A stretch of 64,000 nt of DNA from Octopus sinensis (GCF_006345805.1 NC_043001.1:17608001-17672000); one strand, 5' to 3'; shown: positions 25,345 to 37,915, counted from the first letter of the stretch. Made by a program: numbers and translations. Notes: generated by a model not told the origin, from the sequence alone.

Positions 25345-25818
25345 TGGAATTGTTTTTTTTGGGGGTGGGGTGATTATATCGACCCCAGTGCGTAACTGGT
25401 ACTTATTTTATCGACTCCGAAGGGAAAAAAAGCAAAGTCGACCTCGGCGGAATTTTAACTGAGAATGTAGCGGCAGACGAAATACCTATTTCTTTACTAC
25501 GCACAAGGGGCTAAACACAGAAGGGACAAACAAGGACAGATAAACGGAATAAATCGATTATATCGACACCAGTGCGTAACTGGTACTTAATTTATCGACT
25601 CCGAAAGGATGAAAGGCAAAGTCGACCTCGACGGAATTTGAATTCAGAACGTAACGGCAGACGAAATACCTATTTCTTTACTACCCACAAGGGGCTAAAC
25701 ATAGAAAGGACAAACAAGGACAGACAAAGGGATTAAGTCGATTACATCGACCCCAGTTCGAAACTGGTACTTAATTTATCGACCCCGAAAGGATGAAAGG
25801 CAAAGTCGACCTCGGCAA
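25345..25818 (-). mobile_element. SINE family M trimeric array, head truncated
   Basis: Three reverse-strand bodies joined at the recurrent aaagaaata|ggtatttcg junction. Confidence 0.83.
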
Positions 25819-26049
25819 GATGGCAGAATCACTAGCGTACCAGCTAAAATGTTAACAATATTTCTACTGGCTTTACGTTCGGAACTGAAATGCCGCTGAG
25901 GTACCAGTTGAGCACTGAGACCAATGTGATCGACTTTCACATCTCCTCAAAATTACTGGCTTGTGTCAAAGGTGCGAAGGACTTAAGCAAGTATGTATGT
26001 TGTGGTCGCACAATCTTCGCTTCTTACTGATACACAATTTTTAATGATG

Positions 26050-26427
26050 GGCGCAGGAGTGGCTGTGTGGTAAGTAGCTTGCTTACCAACCACATGGTTC
26101 CGGGTTCAGTCCCACCGCGTGGCACTTTGGGCAAGTGTCTTCTACTATAGCCTCGGGCCGACCAAAGTCTTGTGTGTGGATTTGGTAGAGGGAAAATGAA
26201 GGAAGCCCATCGTATATATATATGTGCGTGTGTGTGTGTTTGTCTTCGCAACATCGCTTGACAACCGATGTTGGTGTGTTTACGTCCCCGTAACTTAGCG
26301 GTTCGGCAAAAGAGACCCGATAGAATAAGTACTAGGCTAACAGAGAATAAGTCCTGGGGTCGATTTGCTCAACTAAAGGCGGTGCTGCATAAATGATTGA
26401 AACAAGTAACAGAGTAAAAGAGTAAAG
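26050..26427 (+). mobile_element. SINE family C ending ~19 bp from an exon donor
   Basis: Full consensus match. Confidence 0.85.
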
Positions 26428-26445
26428 ATTAGTGATGATACTTAC

Positions 26446-26615
26446 AAGAAGCGCCGTCGAAGCTTTACAAATGTGTGGTGCAAACAAAATTCTGGAAGCA
26501 ATATAAGGAACGATGTCGAAGAAAGAATCAACGACCTCCCACCAATATTTTTCTGTGAGGACACTTACAGTGCGATACTGTTCCGAGTAAGGAGTTCCTT
26601 GGAAAATATCAAGAT
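26446..26615 (-). CDS. Beta-lactamase-family hydrolase, internal exon
   Basis: Acceptor ttcctttttcag|AT, donor CTT|gtaagt (phase 1/0). Stop-free: (D)LDIFQGTPYSEQYRTVSVLTEKYWWEVVDSFFDIVPYIASRILFAPHICKASTALL. Phases join both neighbouring exons. Confidence 0.85.
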
Positions 26616-26700
26616 CTGAAAAAGGAAAAGAAAATGTTCAAGTATATTTAGTACATGAATAAATAAAATTTTGAATTAGAAGTAGTTCTTATAATGTAAA

Positions 26701-27059
26701 CTAGCACTATGACCCGGCAACGCCAGGTCATAGTACTAGTGCATGCATATACAGCTGCGTGCGTGCGCACATACACGCGAGTACTGTCCAAATCTCCGAC
26801 TAATCACATGCAGCTAGCTGGCATTCAATTGGCGTATCAAGTTTTGGGCATTTTCATTGGGTTTTGGATAGAAAATTCACAAAAAAGTAACTTCTATTGA
26901 TTTTTTAATGGCTTTGCAGGGTGACTGGGGAAATGTAAAAATGTGCACGACCACCCTTGGACGGTTTTGAATGACCTTAGAAAGTGCGAGCCCTCTAACT
27001 GAAAAATTGTGGATTTGTATAAAGGACACGCACACACAGACATTTTGCCGTTTATATAT
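26701..27059 (-). mobile_element. Non-autonomous Helitron-like element (family A)
   Basis: 3' CTAG with subterminal hairpin cccggcaacgcc; inverted homologue at 34345-34699. Confidence 0.75.
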
Positions 27060-28085
27060 CTCTTATTATAAAAGGCAGATTTTATCTGCCTCCCTTTGTC
27101 TCTTATAGAAATCTACAATATAGGATTTCTTCAATTACAATTTACCTAGCATTTTTAAGAGTAGAATGCATCGGGTCGTGCCAGGTCCGGTTTTTAAAAT
27201 TTCAACCCCAATTAAGCAAAATTTAGAGAAAACTCACATTGTGGTGTGTAAGTGAAGTGCTTTTCTTAGTGTGGGCTACAGCACACACACACGCACACAC
27301 ACAAAAACGGAGCGATCTGATTCACTCACGCTATCACCCTAATTCTCCCACTTTCTCTTTGCAAGTGTACCTTAACCCACTACTAAAAAAAAACACAGCA
27401 AACAGAAACAAATAAATACATAACGATTTACTCCTCACACAATTTCTTCAATTAGAGTTTACCTATGATTTTTCAAAGTACTTCCATTCGGTCATGCCAT
27501 ACAAAATTTCTTTCAATTTCACCCCCAATTAAGACAAAATTCGAGAAAACTCAATATTTTAACATTTCACTTCGAAAGCATTGATGTACATGTGTGCATG
27601 CGTGAGTGTGTGTGTATGTGTGTGTTTGATGGGATGTGCGACACAGAAAGTGTGGTGTGTAAGTGAAGTGTTTTTGTTAGTGTGTGTAAAGAGACAGAGA
27701 GAGTACACATACCTACGTACACCTAAAGCACGCACACACACACACACACAAGCGGAGCGCGAACTTCAAAAGAAATTCGCGCGCTATCTATCTGGTTTGC
27801 CATTCCTCACACACACGCATACATATATGACAGTGACAAACACAAACGTTTCAAACAACTACATACAAACACGTGTGTGTTTGTTATTAGTAAAAAAGGC
27901 GCCAAACACAACTCACTTCTCATTCGAACACATTTGCAAAAACACACCGACGGTCGAATTGCCATAACAATACAGAAAAGGTAAATTGGTTTTTAATTTA
28001 CTTTCTGTCGTTAAATTTTGGTAGTATTAATTGGCGAGCGTACTTCTGTTGTCAATTGTTGACAGAAAGAAATTGTAAGCTAATA

Positions 28086-28125
<40 letters not shown>

Positions 28126-28231
28126 GAAGTGAAGGATAAAAATATTGCAAGAAGTGGACAGATGTACATATATACATCCATACATACATGTGTGTGTGTG
28201 TCTATGTATGTGTATTAATGTGTGTGTGTTA

Positions 28232-28589
28232 TCTCTATATAAAGCTGAAGTTGTCTGTGTGCGCCACGTTTGGTAACCTTCAACTAACACTATCTCCTCC
28301 GAGACCCTGCGGCGCAAGTTGACCAAAATTGAGAGTATGATAGAAGAAGGATTGCTCTTCCTTCTGTAGAACATAAAATTCAAATCGGACCATGTTAACA
28401 CCAAAAATTATTTACATCAAAAAGCTGCTTTTTTCTATGAAAATCCCTATTTTTTATGATTTTTTCACTGCTGTGTCGCCACTTTTCGGTGTATTTCGAC
28501 CAGAAAAATGTTCACAAAATTTTTACTTTTCAAAATTACAATTCCAGCGGGTCGAAACAAACCCAAGCAACGCCGGGCGATACTGCTAG
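28232..28589 (+). mobile_element. Helitron-like element (family D); another Helitron-like 5' part lies at 27059-28080
   Basis: a|TCtctatataaagc ... cccaagcaacgccgggcgatactgCTAG|t. Confidence 0.72.
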
Positions 28590-28622
28590 TAGAGAGATAA
28601 TACTGATGCCACACACTTAACG

Positions 28623-29082
28623 CGTGTTCTTTGTCTATGCGGTTATTGGCTGCGGGAGTCGTCCAAGGAAATGTCTCTTTAGAAGTTCGAGTTTTAAAAA
28701 TACTGAATACCCGGCAGACAGTAAAGTGCATCAACAAAACGCATGTATTAAGTATGTGACATCGACAATGTTTACGTTACTAGAACTGTTTTTAATTCAA
28801 AATTTAATTTTGTTTCACTTGTGCGATGCTCCTGCACATCCGCAAATAGATTTTACATTATCTGTATGCATAGATAAGCGATTCAAATTATTTTCGATAT
28901 GACTCGGGTATACGGTGCTGAAGAGTGGAAATAACAGCGAAATATCGATCGACACCGTTCTCGCTCTTCTACGGGACGATTCGTTTCATTCGGTTTGAAA
29001 TATTCAGTGTTTTAATACTCTGCGCCTTAAAGGGATTTTTCCCTAGACGAATCCCGTAGCCAATAAGCACAAAAACAAAACA
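28623..29082. mobile_element. MITE-like element with ~55-bp imperfect TIRs
   Basis: ttattggctgcgggagtcgtcc.. versus ..gacgaatcccgtagccaataag. Confidence 0.5.
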
Positions 29083-29498
29083 CATACATTAAGTATGTGA
29101 TACCGGTAATATTTATAAATAAATTAGGTTTGTATGAAGTGGTCGGGTTTAAAATATACTGCAGTAGATTTGCTTGATTAAACCTGTCAAGGCGGTGCCC
29201 CAACATGGCCGCAGTTCAAAGACTGAAACACATATAAAGTAATACATAGAACGGTATTTATCGTTAATTACCGTATTTATCATTAGTTACCATATTTTCT
29301 GGTGCACAAGGCGACGCAATGTTTAGTATAAAACATGTAATGTAAGCATTCGAACATCGTCACAGTATTTCCAAATCCTGCTGTGTTTCACATGGAATTT
29401 TTGGTCCTCAAATGTCGTCTTTGTGTATACGTCGACCTACCATCTTTTTTTTTACGGTGTAGTAGTTAAGAGCGCGGGCTACTGACCCCAAGATTCCG

Positions 29499-29977
29499 AT
29501 AGGCGCAGGAGTGGCTGTGTGTGGTAAGTAGCTTGCTTACGAACCACATGGTTCCGGGTTCAGTCCCACTGCGAGGCACCTTGGCCAAGTGTCTTCTACT
29601 ATAGCTTAGAGCTGACCAAAGCCTTGTGAGTGGATTTGGTAGACGGAAACTGAAAGAAGCCCGTCGTATATATGCATATGTATATATATATATGTGTGTG
29701 TGTATGAGTGTGTGCGTGTGTGTGTGTGTATGTGTGTGTGTGTGTGTGTGTTTGTGTGTCTGTGTGTGTGTTTGTGTGTCTGTCCTCCCCACATCGCTTG
29801 ACAACCAATGCTAGTGTGTTTACCTTCATCTCATCTAGCGGTTCGGCAAAAGAGACGGATAGAATATGTACTAGGCTTACAAAGAATAAGTTCTAGGGTC
29901 GATTTGCTCGACTAAAGACGGTGCTCCAGCATGGCCGCAGTCAAATGGCTGAAACAAGTAGAAGAGTAAAAGAGTAA
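29499..29977 (+). mobile_element. SINE family C
   Basis: Full consensus match, abutting the truncated head of the hammerhead-bearing SINE. Confidence 0.85.
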
Positions 29978-30069
29978 ATTTTGGTCTAAAACGTTCGACT
30001 TGTACGCCAGAAAATACGGTAGCTTTGTTTACATGCAAAATCAGAATCGTCGGTTAATGTTTCGCTTAC

Positions 30070-30192
30070 CATATGGTTTGAACAACTCTTCGCGATATAT
30101 TTGTTCTAATGGACGTTTCAACGGGTCTGCCTTTCGCAACAACACATCAACATACATTCCGAACGTAAAACAATGATACCCAAATTGAGTGC
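30070..30192 (-). CDS. Beta-lactamase-family hydrolase, internal exon (motif II Tyr)
   Basis: Acceptor ctatag|GC, donor G|gtaagc (phase 1/1). Translates (G)TQFGYHCFTFGMYVDVLLRKADPLKRPLEQIYREELFKPY. Confidence 0.92.
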
Positions 30193-30298
30193 CTATAGAT
30201 TTTAAAAGAAGGAAAAAGGAAGAGAACAAATTGTATTTAAGTAATGATAACCATGCACTATAATACAGACGATGTTGCAATTTAGTCATCCATAGTTT

Positions 30299-30339
30299 GA
30301 TATGAATATTTCGGAATAAAAATTCCTTCTTCAGATATC
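30299..30339 (-). ncRNA. Minimal type I hammerhead-like motif
   Basis: GAUAU-CUGAAGA-A-[GGAAU UUUU AUUCC]-GAAA-UAU-UC^-AUAUC. A second, 3'-incomplete copy lies at ~30397-30427. Confidence 0.62.
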
Positions 30340-30644
30340 CCTAGAAATTGATGGAGTCGCTGCTATAATCGGTTTTCCAACGGCTTTTCTTTTTTTTTTC
30401 GGAATAAAAAATCCTTCTTCAGATATCCCTAGGAATTGATGGAGTCGCTGCTATAATTGGTTTCCCAACGGCTTTTCCTCACGTGAAGTGCAAGAAGGAA
30501 TTTTTATTCCGAAATATATCAGACTTTGGATGATTAAATTACAACATCGTTTGTATTATAGAGCATTGTTGTGTCATTCAAGACCTTTTATTCTTTATAA
30601 ACAATACACAATGCTTCAAGCGAACAACAATACTCAATAATAAA

Positions 30645-31140
30645 AAATAAATGCACCCTTTTAAAGCCTAGCCAGGCTCATGGGCCCGGTTTCCCGGTTT
30701 CAATGGCGTATGTGTTCCCCAGCTGGATGGGACGCCAGTCCATCGCAGCGTTACTCATTTTTGCCAGCTGAGTGGACTGGAGCAACGTGAAATGAAGTGT
30801 TTTGCTCAAGAATACAACACGTCGCCCGATCCAGGAATCGAAACCACAATCTTACGATCATGATGCTGACACCCTAACCACTAAGCCACGTGCCTCCACT
30901 TTCACCCCTTTAAAGCCTAACCAGACTCATGGGCCCGGTTTCACGGTTTCTATGGCGTATGTGCTCCCCAGCTGGATGGGACGCCAGTCCATCGCAGCGT
31001 TACTCATTTTTGCCAGCTGAGTGGACTGAAGCAACGAGAAATGAAGTGTTTTGCTCAAGAACACAATGCGTCGCCCGGTCGAAACCACACTCTTACGATC
31101 ATGATGCTGACACCCTAACCACTAAGCCACGCGCCTCCAC
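30645..31140 (-). mobile_element. Two tandem tRNA-derived SINEs (family K variant)
   Basis: Two ~240-bp copies, each with head gtggaggc.cgtggcttagtggttagggtgtc. Confidence 0.82.
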
Positions 31141-32047
31141 TACAATACTCACTTAAGTAACAAATAATCACAGCAAACCTATATGGGACACTTATACCTT
31201 TCACAAACAACAAGTTTCTTTTGGATCAGAACTTAACCGAGATTTCTTTCGGTGAACTAAATATTCTCCCGCTCTCTACATTAAATATGTTATCTTCCAC
31301 TGAATATATTTTTATATAGAAGGTATTAACCGGCTGACACTCGCTGACGCTACACCGAAGAGGCCAGGGAACAGAAGAAAGAAGAAGAAAGAAGACATGC
31401 ACCCAACACCAGAGCTGAAGACACCTCCGAAAGGGGGTGCCCCGCCACGTCAAAACGGTAGAGGAGTAGGGGCCGAAACCGGACGTGGTTCCTCCTGATG
31501 ATGTCTTGAGCTAACTGGATCCTATAAAGGAACTGTTGCGGTAGCAGACCACGAAACACGGTTGTAATTCCTCCTATTGAAGTTTTTCTATGTCCTTATT
31601 TTAAGTTACTTGATGAATATTTTTCATTCAAAATCTTTATCATTTCAGTTTTTTCTAGGGTCTCGAATGTACGAGTTTACACTTTTGAGTACCCCATCGT
31701 ATGTAATACATATATAATGCAAAAGACACTCAGCAGACTGCGACATTCAATAAGCTAGAAATAAAGTCGAAAAATATATCCCTTCCGTGCCCTCCCCAAC
31801 CTGGTTGTGGTCCGTGGCCCGTGGCCCGGTGGTTGAGTACGCTTGAAGTAGAGTATTTGAATTAATATTACTAAAAAGCGTATATACAATAATGCTTCGG
31901 TACACGAGTATATTCGTTTCGAGAGAACGCTCATAAAACGAAAACTCGTAAACAAAATAAAACTCGTAAAAGCTCATAAACCCAGGATCACGTAAAGCGA
32001 GCCCTCATAAAATGAAGTATTACTGTATATATATATATACACACATA

Positions 32048-32452
32048 TAGGCGTAGGAGTGGCTGTGTGGTAAGTAGCTTGCTTACGAACCACATGGTTC
32101 TGGGTTCAGCCCCACTGCGTGGCACCTTGGGCAAGTGTCTTCTACTATAGCCTTGGGCCAACCAAAGCCTTGTGAGCGGATTTGGTAGACGGAAACTGAA
32201 AGAAGCCCGTCGTATATATGTATATGTATATACATATGTATGCATGTGTGTATATGTTTGTGTGTCTGTGTTTGTCCGCCCCCAACATCGCTTGACAACC
32301 GATGCTGGTGTGTTTACGTCCCCGTAACTTAGCGGTTCGGCAAAAGAGTACTAGGCTTACAAAGAATAAGTCCTGGGGTCGATTTGCTCGACTAAAAGGC
32401 GGAGCTCCAGCATGGCCACAGTCAAATGACTGAAACAAGTAAAAGAGTAAGA

Positions 32453-32454
<2 letters not shown>
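32048..32454 (+). mobile_element. SINE family C
   Basis: Full consensus match. Confidence 0.87.
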
Positions 32455-32497
<43 letters not shown>

Positions 32498-32910
32498 TAT
32501 ATAAATATAAAATTATAATAAAATAATAATATCAGTGGGTATATATATATAATTTTCTCGCTGGATTAAGTGTTCGTTTCTCTTTTTGTCTTCTGCAATT
32601 TTATTTTGGGATCTTCTAAATATATATATATGATGAATTTTCCTCCGTCTGGCTGTTTTTCTCTCTACAAAACAGAAAGCTGCATTATGGAACAGTCATT
32701 TTAACGAGATTTTTTATTTATTTATCACCCGACAAGATATGTCTGCACCACCGGATGCTCCTGAACCAGTTTTTGTGTGTCCCACAAGAGGAGTCGATAC
32801 TAGATGTGTCGAAACAATTGTTGTGATTAATAATATATTCTCTTATATTCTATCTTCTGGCTTTCATTTGTTATATATATATATATATATATATATAACA
32901 AACGGTAAAT

Positions 32911-32977
32911 GCAGCTGATGAAGACTAATCAAATTTACGTTGTCAACCGTATTTGAAGAGTCAGAAACCGGTCTTGC
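32911..32977 (+). ncRNA. Type I hammerhead-like motif with long stem II
   Basis: GCAG-CUGAUGA-A-[GACU..UCAAAU..UACG..CGUA..UUUGA..AGUC]-A-GAAAC-CG-GUC^-UUGC. Confidence 0.65.
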
Positions 32978-33159
32978 CTTATCCGATTCTAGGTTTTCCA
33001 TTTATCATGTTCTTCCTAGAGGTAAGACAAATTTTTTTATGTTTATTGCACACACACGTCTGTGCTTGTATATACGCAGTGAAGCTATACAATAGCGTTG
33101 TATTTATATCGATTGCTATTTTTCAGTATATATTGGTGCCTTGTTGTACCATTTATCTA

Positions 33160-33203
<44 letters not shown>

Positions 33204-33349
33204 ATATATATATCTTATATAGTAAGAAACTATTGCGGAGTGTTTCATTAAACTCATTCTTCGTTTAGCCCTACATTTTCCCCGATCAAATGACCCTTAA
33301 TAATATAGTAACTAATATTGATTTCAAAATTTGGTACAAGACCAGTAAT

Positions 33350-33897
33350 TTCGGGAGTGGGGATAAGTCGAGTATATCGACCACAATATCCCGTTGGTAC
33401 TTATTTTATCGACCCCGAAAGGATGAAAGGTCGACCTAGGTGGAATTTGAGCTCAGATCCCAGAGACAGACGAAATACCTATTTCTTTACTACCCACAAG
33501 GGGCTAAACACAGAGAGGACAAACAAGGACAGACAAACGGATTAAGTCGATTATATCAACTCCAGTGCGAAACTGGTACTTAGTTTATCGACCCTGAAAG
33601 GATGAAAAGCAAAGTCGGCCTCGGCGGAATTTGAACTCAGAACATAGCGGCAGACGAAATACCTATTTCTTTACTACCCACAAGGGGATAAACATAGAGA
33701 GGACAAACAAGGACAGACAAACAGATTAAGTCGATTATATCGACTCCAGTGCGAAACTGGTACTTAGTTTATCGACCCTGAAAGGATAAAAAGCAAAGTC
33801 GACCTCGGCGGAATTTGAACTCAGAACGTAGCGGCAGACGAAATGCTGCTAAGCATTTCGCCCGGCATGCTAACGATTCTGCCTGCTCGCCACCTTA
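33350..33897 (-). mobile_element. SINE family M trimeric array
   Basis: Three bodies plus head ending ~33895, 70 bp from the exon donor at 33965. Confidence 0.85.
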
Positions 33898-33964
33898 TAT
33901 ATTAACTCCAATATTGCAACCCTAGATTTCTATTGGTTGTTAAGTTTGTTATAGTTTTACTTAC

Positions 33965-34070
33965 CGGGGGTCCAGTGAGGTTTTTGCAATGCAAGCTTGC
34001 TAGCAAACTGGTCAAAATCTGTAATAAATAATTCCATCTCCAGTGGCTCTTCTAAATAATGAAGACCTGC
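33965..34070 (-). CDS. Beta-lactamase-family hydrolase, internal exon
   Basis: Acceptor ttcaag|GCA, donor G|gtaagt (phase 0/1). Translates AGLHYLEEPLEMELFITDFDQFASKLALQKPHWTP, completing HQAGL and the P.W.PG motif. Confidence 0.92.
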
Positions 34071-34344
34071 CTTGAATAACAGATACATGATAAAAATATA
34101 AACATGAAAAAACCTCGCATTATTGCAACATTTACATAAATTATACAATGGTTGGCATTATTTCGGTTACAAAGGTGTATTTACTTAACCTCTTTTACGC
34201 TATGTCTTACGGTGACCCACTTGATAAAGTTTTATTTGCTCACAGATCTTAGGTTTAAATCTACAAATGGCGCTTCGATGCGTGTCTGAACTGAACACTT
34301 TATTTGCATCGCTTCGGTTCGCCTAGACAGTTGTGAGCAGGTAA

Positions 34345-34699
34345 TCTCTCTATATATAAACGGCAAAATGTCTGTGTATCCTTTATACAAATCCACAATT
34401 TTTCAGTTAGAGGACTCGCACTTTCTATAGTCATTCAAAACCGTCCAAGGGCGGTCATGCATATCTTTACATTTCCCCAGTCACCCCGCAAAGCCATTAA
34501 AAAATCAATAGAAGTGACATTTTTGTGAATTTTCTATCCAAAACCCAATGAAAATGCCCAAAACTTGATACGCCAATTGAATGCCAGCTAGCTGTATGTG
34601 ATTGGTCGGAGATTTGGACAGTACTTGCGTGTATGTGTGCACGCACGCAGCTGTATATGCATGCACTAGCACCCGGTAACGCCGAGTCATAGTGCTAGT
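34345..34699 (+). mobile_element. Helitron-like element, family A
   Basis: a|TCtctctatatataaacggc ... cccggtaacgccgagtcatagtgCTAG|t. Confidence 0.78.
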
Positions 34700-35024
34700 A
34701 TATCAATATAGTTCAGACTCACACCATTTAATTCGAGCGTTACGCACAGGTCGTGCATGAGAGATTTTCTTCCCCTCCTTTAATTGATGTTCACCCCCAA
34801 ACAAGGGGCAGGATGAAAGAGGGAACGCATAAGAAATGGCAAGATCTGAGGTAAATAAGATATCGTAATTTTAGCTTTAGCTTGTTAAAATTTTCTCCGG
34901 TTTCTATAAAGGCAGAATTCTGTAACATGATATATATATATATATCATGTAACCACATGTGAATCGTTAGTGATTTTTTCCCCCTCCGTCTTCCTTTTCT
35001 CTTGGACTTTCCTCTGTCTCCTAC

Positions 35025-35270
35025 TTCCGAAGAAGAGCTTTGCTCGAAACGTAAAACCACCTTTCTTGCCTTCCCTGAGCGTCTGCTAATACATTACATG
35101 TACCACGTCCTCGTGTTGTTGATTTTTGCGTTTGTTTTTCGTTGGGTTTTCTTTTGTATTTACTATATATATATCGTTAGCCACTACACATATTTTTTCT
35201 CTCCTTGTTTCTACCTTTTTTTTTCTGTGTCCCTGTCTGTAGAAGAGGGTAGGCTCGAAACGTAAAAGAC
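35025..35270 (+). ncRNA. Two tandem degenerate hammerhead-like motifs in a Penelope-like tail
   Basis: CCGAAGA-A-[GAGC UUU GCUC]-GAAAC-GUA at 35027-35053, and a more decayed ...GAAGAGGGUAGGCUC-GAAACGUA at ~35236-35270. Confidence 0.45.
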
Positions 35271-35363
35271 TTTTTCTATTCCTGAGCGTTGTACTAATAC
35301 ATCTATTTGTTTTGTACACCACCTGTCTTCGTCTTTTGTTTTTTTTCGTAAACTCTCCCTATG

Positions 35364-35397
<34 letters not shown>

Positions 35398-35503
35398 TGT
35401 ATGTATGTATGTGAGTGTGTGTGTGAGTGTGTGTGTTAAATAAAATGAGACAACAAAACCAAGGCTGTGTGGAATTTATAGGACCTTTATATAAAGAAAG
35501 GTA

Positions 35504-35551
35504 GTCTTACAGCTGTTTCTGGGATATTAGGAATATCCCTTCATCAGAGAC
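35504..35551 (-). ncRNA. Minimal type I hammerhead ribozyme-like motif
   Basis: GUCU-CUGAUGA-A-[GGGAUAU UCCUA AUAUCCC]-A-GAAAC-AGCU-GUA^-AGAC, in a Penelope-like 3' tail (~35440-35800). Confidence 0.72.
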
Positions 35552-35862
35552 GATATGAGAGAGTTAAGTAGAGGGAAATAGCAGAGCTCAATATAAGGAG
35601 TTATTTTGGAAACGGATGGCAATAAGAAGTATAAAGGGAAATAAGAGAATAAAAATAAAGTGAAAATATATGTTGGTTGTTAGAGTTGCAGTTCCATTAT
35701 CCAAGGAAAGCGCAGTGTAGAATGGGTAGAAATGCTTCTTGTCCATGGTGAGTAGATTCCGATAGAAGTTCATATTTTGTTATTACGAGTTGGTAGAGTG
35801 GAGACATAAATTCCATGTGCTGTTCATTCGAAGGGGTCTTGTGGTATCTTCTGGATACCACA

Positions 35863-36304
35863 AGGTGGCGAGCTGGCAGAAACGTTATAAGGCGGCTAGC
35901 TGGCAGAAACGTCAGCATGCCAGGCGAAATGCTGAGCGGTATTTCGTCTGTCGTTACGTTGTGAGTTCAAATTCTGCCGAGGTCGACTTTGCCTTTCATC
36001 CTTTCAGGGTCGATAAATTAAGTACCAGTTACGCACTGGGGTCGATGTAATCGACTTAATACCTATGTCTGTCCTTGGTTGACCCTCTGTGTTTAGCCCC
36101 TTGTGGGTAATAAAGAAATAGGTATTTCGTCTATCGTTATGTTCTGAGTTCAAATTCCGCCGAGGTCGACTTTGCCTTTCATCCTTTCAGGGTCGATAAA
36201 TTAAGTACCAGTTACGCACTGGGATCGATGTAATCGACTTAATACTTTTGTCTGTCCTTGTTTATCTCCTCTATGTTTAGCCCCTAGTGGGTAGTAACGA
36301 AATA
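35863..36304 (+). mobile_element. SINE family M dimer
   Basis: 16-bp TSD ggtatcttctggatac at 35843-35858 and 36305-36320. Confidence 0.88.
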
Positions 36305-36357
36305 GGTATCTTCTGGATACAAATACCTCTTATATGCGTGTGAGTGTGTGTGTGTGT

Positions 36358-36397
<40 letters not shown>

Positions 36398-36398
<1 letters not shown>

Positions 36399-36692
36399 AG
36401 TGGCGGACTGGGTCTAAAAAATATTGGTTGCCAGGAGACTAAGGGGGACCACCTGCAACTACAATGCTATAATTCAATTTTTTTTTTTTGCTAAAAGTAT
36501 TCTTATCAACTGTCTACAAAAAACAGCCAGGCTGAAATAATTAATGTCTTCTTTCAGGAGTGAAATAAAAAAAACTCTCAAACTTGAGGGGATGGACCCC
36601 TTAGATACTAACATGGACCGCCATATATGGATTCTAATGGCCCAGGGGCCCACTTGCCATCGGGCAAGCTAGCAACCTGGCCAGTCCGCCAC
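36398..36692. mobile_element. hAT-like MITE in (CA)n
   Basis: TIRs cagtggcggactgg / ccagtccgccac. Confidence 0.62.
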
Positions 36693-36888
36693 ACACACAC
36701 AGATACACACACACACCACACACACACATACATACATACAGACATACATAAACACAGACACACATATAGATAGATAGATAGATATGTGTACAGGTATACA
36801 CGTACACACGCACATATATAATATAGTAGTAAAGGTATTCTTTGTCGTAAATATATATTTACAAACATAGATATATTCACGTACACAC

Positions 36889-36924
<36 letters not shown>

Positions 36925-37136
36925 ACGTACGTATGTCCAAGAGCAGAATAAAAGAGGAGATTCAGTTCAACTCATTATTATATCGTGAATTACACAATCT
37001 TTACACATGTTTCCCTGGCAGCTCTGATTTTCAAAAGCTTAAGAACATATATCAGAAGAAAAAATATCTGACAGTCACGGTTAGATTGCTTTGGATCATA
37101 GAACACTTCGAGCCCTCTCGAACAAGTATGACATAG

Positions 37137-37200
37137 CAGCGGTACCAAACCTCTTTCGCGTCACGGACCGGTTTCATGCAAAACAATTTTTCCGCGGAGT
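37137..37200 (+). mobile_element. hAT-Charlie (MER1-like) terminal fragment
   Basis: cagcggtaccaaacctcttt..acggaccggtttc..acaatttttcc resembles Charlie-type termini (from memory of the consensus). Confidence 0.45.
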
Positions 37201-37384
37201 GGGAGATCACGCGCATAACAAAAGCTTTATTGGTGCATGAAAATGTCTGCGACTTAGACAAACGTAGGTGAAAGGCACAGAAACGGTAATTTTTCAAAAT
37301 AAAATATCTTAAAAACTGCGATAGTCAACAAAACTACAAAACTTAAAAACTTCCATGCTTCCTGAGATTCGCCAACACTACACC

Positions 37385-37540
37385 TGATTTTCTCCCCTCT
37401 ATACACACGCAAGTATGTATCTGACTCATACACTGTTCACTTCCCAGACATTTGTACATTAACTCATACGCTTTATACGCACTTTCTGACAAGTTGTGGT
37501 GCACCTGAGCACTGTATACAATAATTTCATTATTATTATA
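37385..37540 (+). mobile_element. LINE-like 3' end with (ATT)n tail
   Basis: gcacctgagcactgtatacaata..ttattatt, with a second copy at ~4470-4630. Confidence 0.55.
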
Positions 37541-37544
37541 AGAT

Positions 37545-37915
37545 CATCATCATCATCATCTTCATCGTTTAACGTCCACTTTCCATGCTAGCATGGGTTG
37601 GACGATACAACTGGGGTCTGGGTAGCCCGAAGGCTGAACCAGGCCAGTCAGATCTGGCAGTGTTTCTACAGCTGGATGCCCTTCCTAACGCCAACCACTC
37701 CGTGAGTGTAGTGGGTGCTTTTTATGTGCCACCGACAAAAGTGCCAGACGAGGCTGGTGAACGGCCATGCTCGGATGGTGTTTTTTATGTGCCACCGACA
37801 CAGGTGCCAGACGAGGCTGGCGGACGGCCACGCTCGGATGGTGTTTTTTATGTGCCACCGACACAGGTGCCAGACGAGGCTGGCGAACGGCCACGCTCAG
37901 ATGGTGTTTTTTACG
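37545..37915 (-). mobile_element. Same retroelement tail with 3 x 63-bp internal tandem repeat
   Basis: Units start at 37724, 37787 and 37850. Confidence 0.8.

Noticed and set aside
31400-31570. CUGAAGA and CUGAUGA...GAAAC strings in a Penelope-like tail
   Set aside because: I could not close stem I and stem III consistently, so they are not counted as ribozymes.
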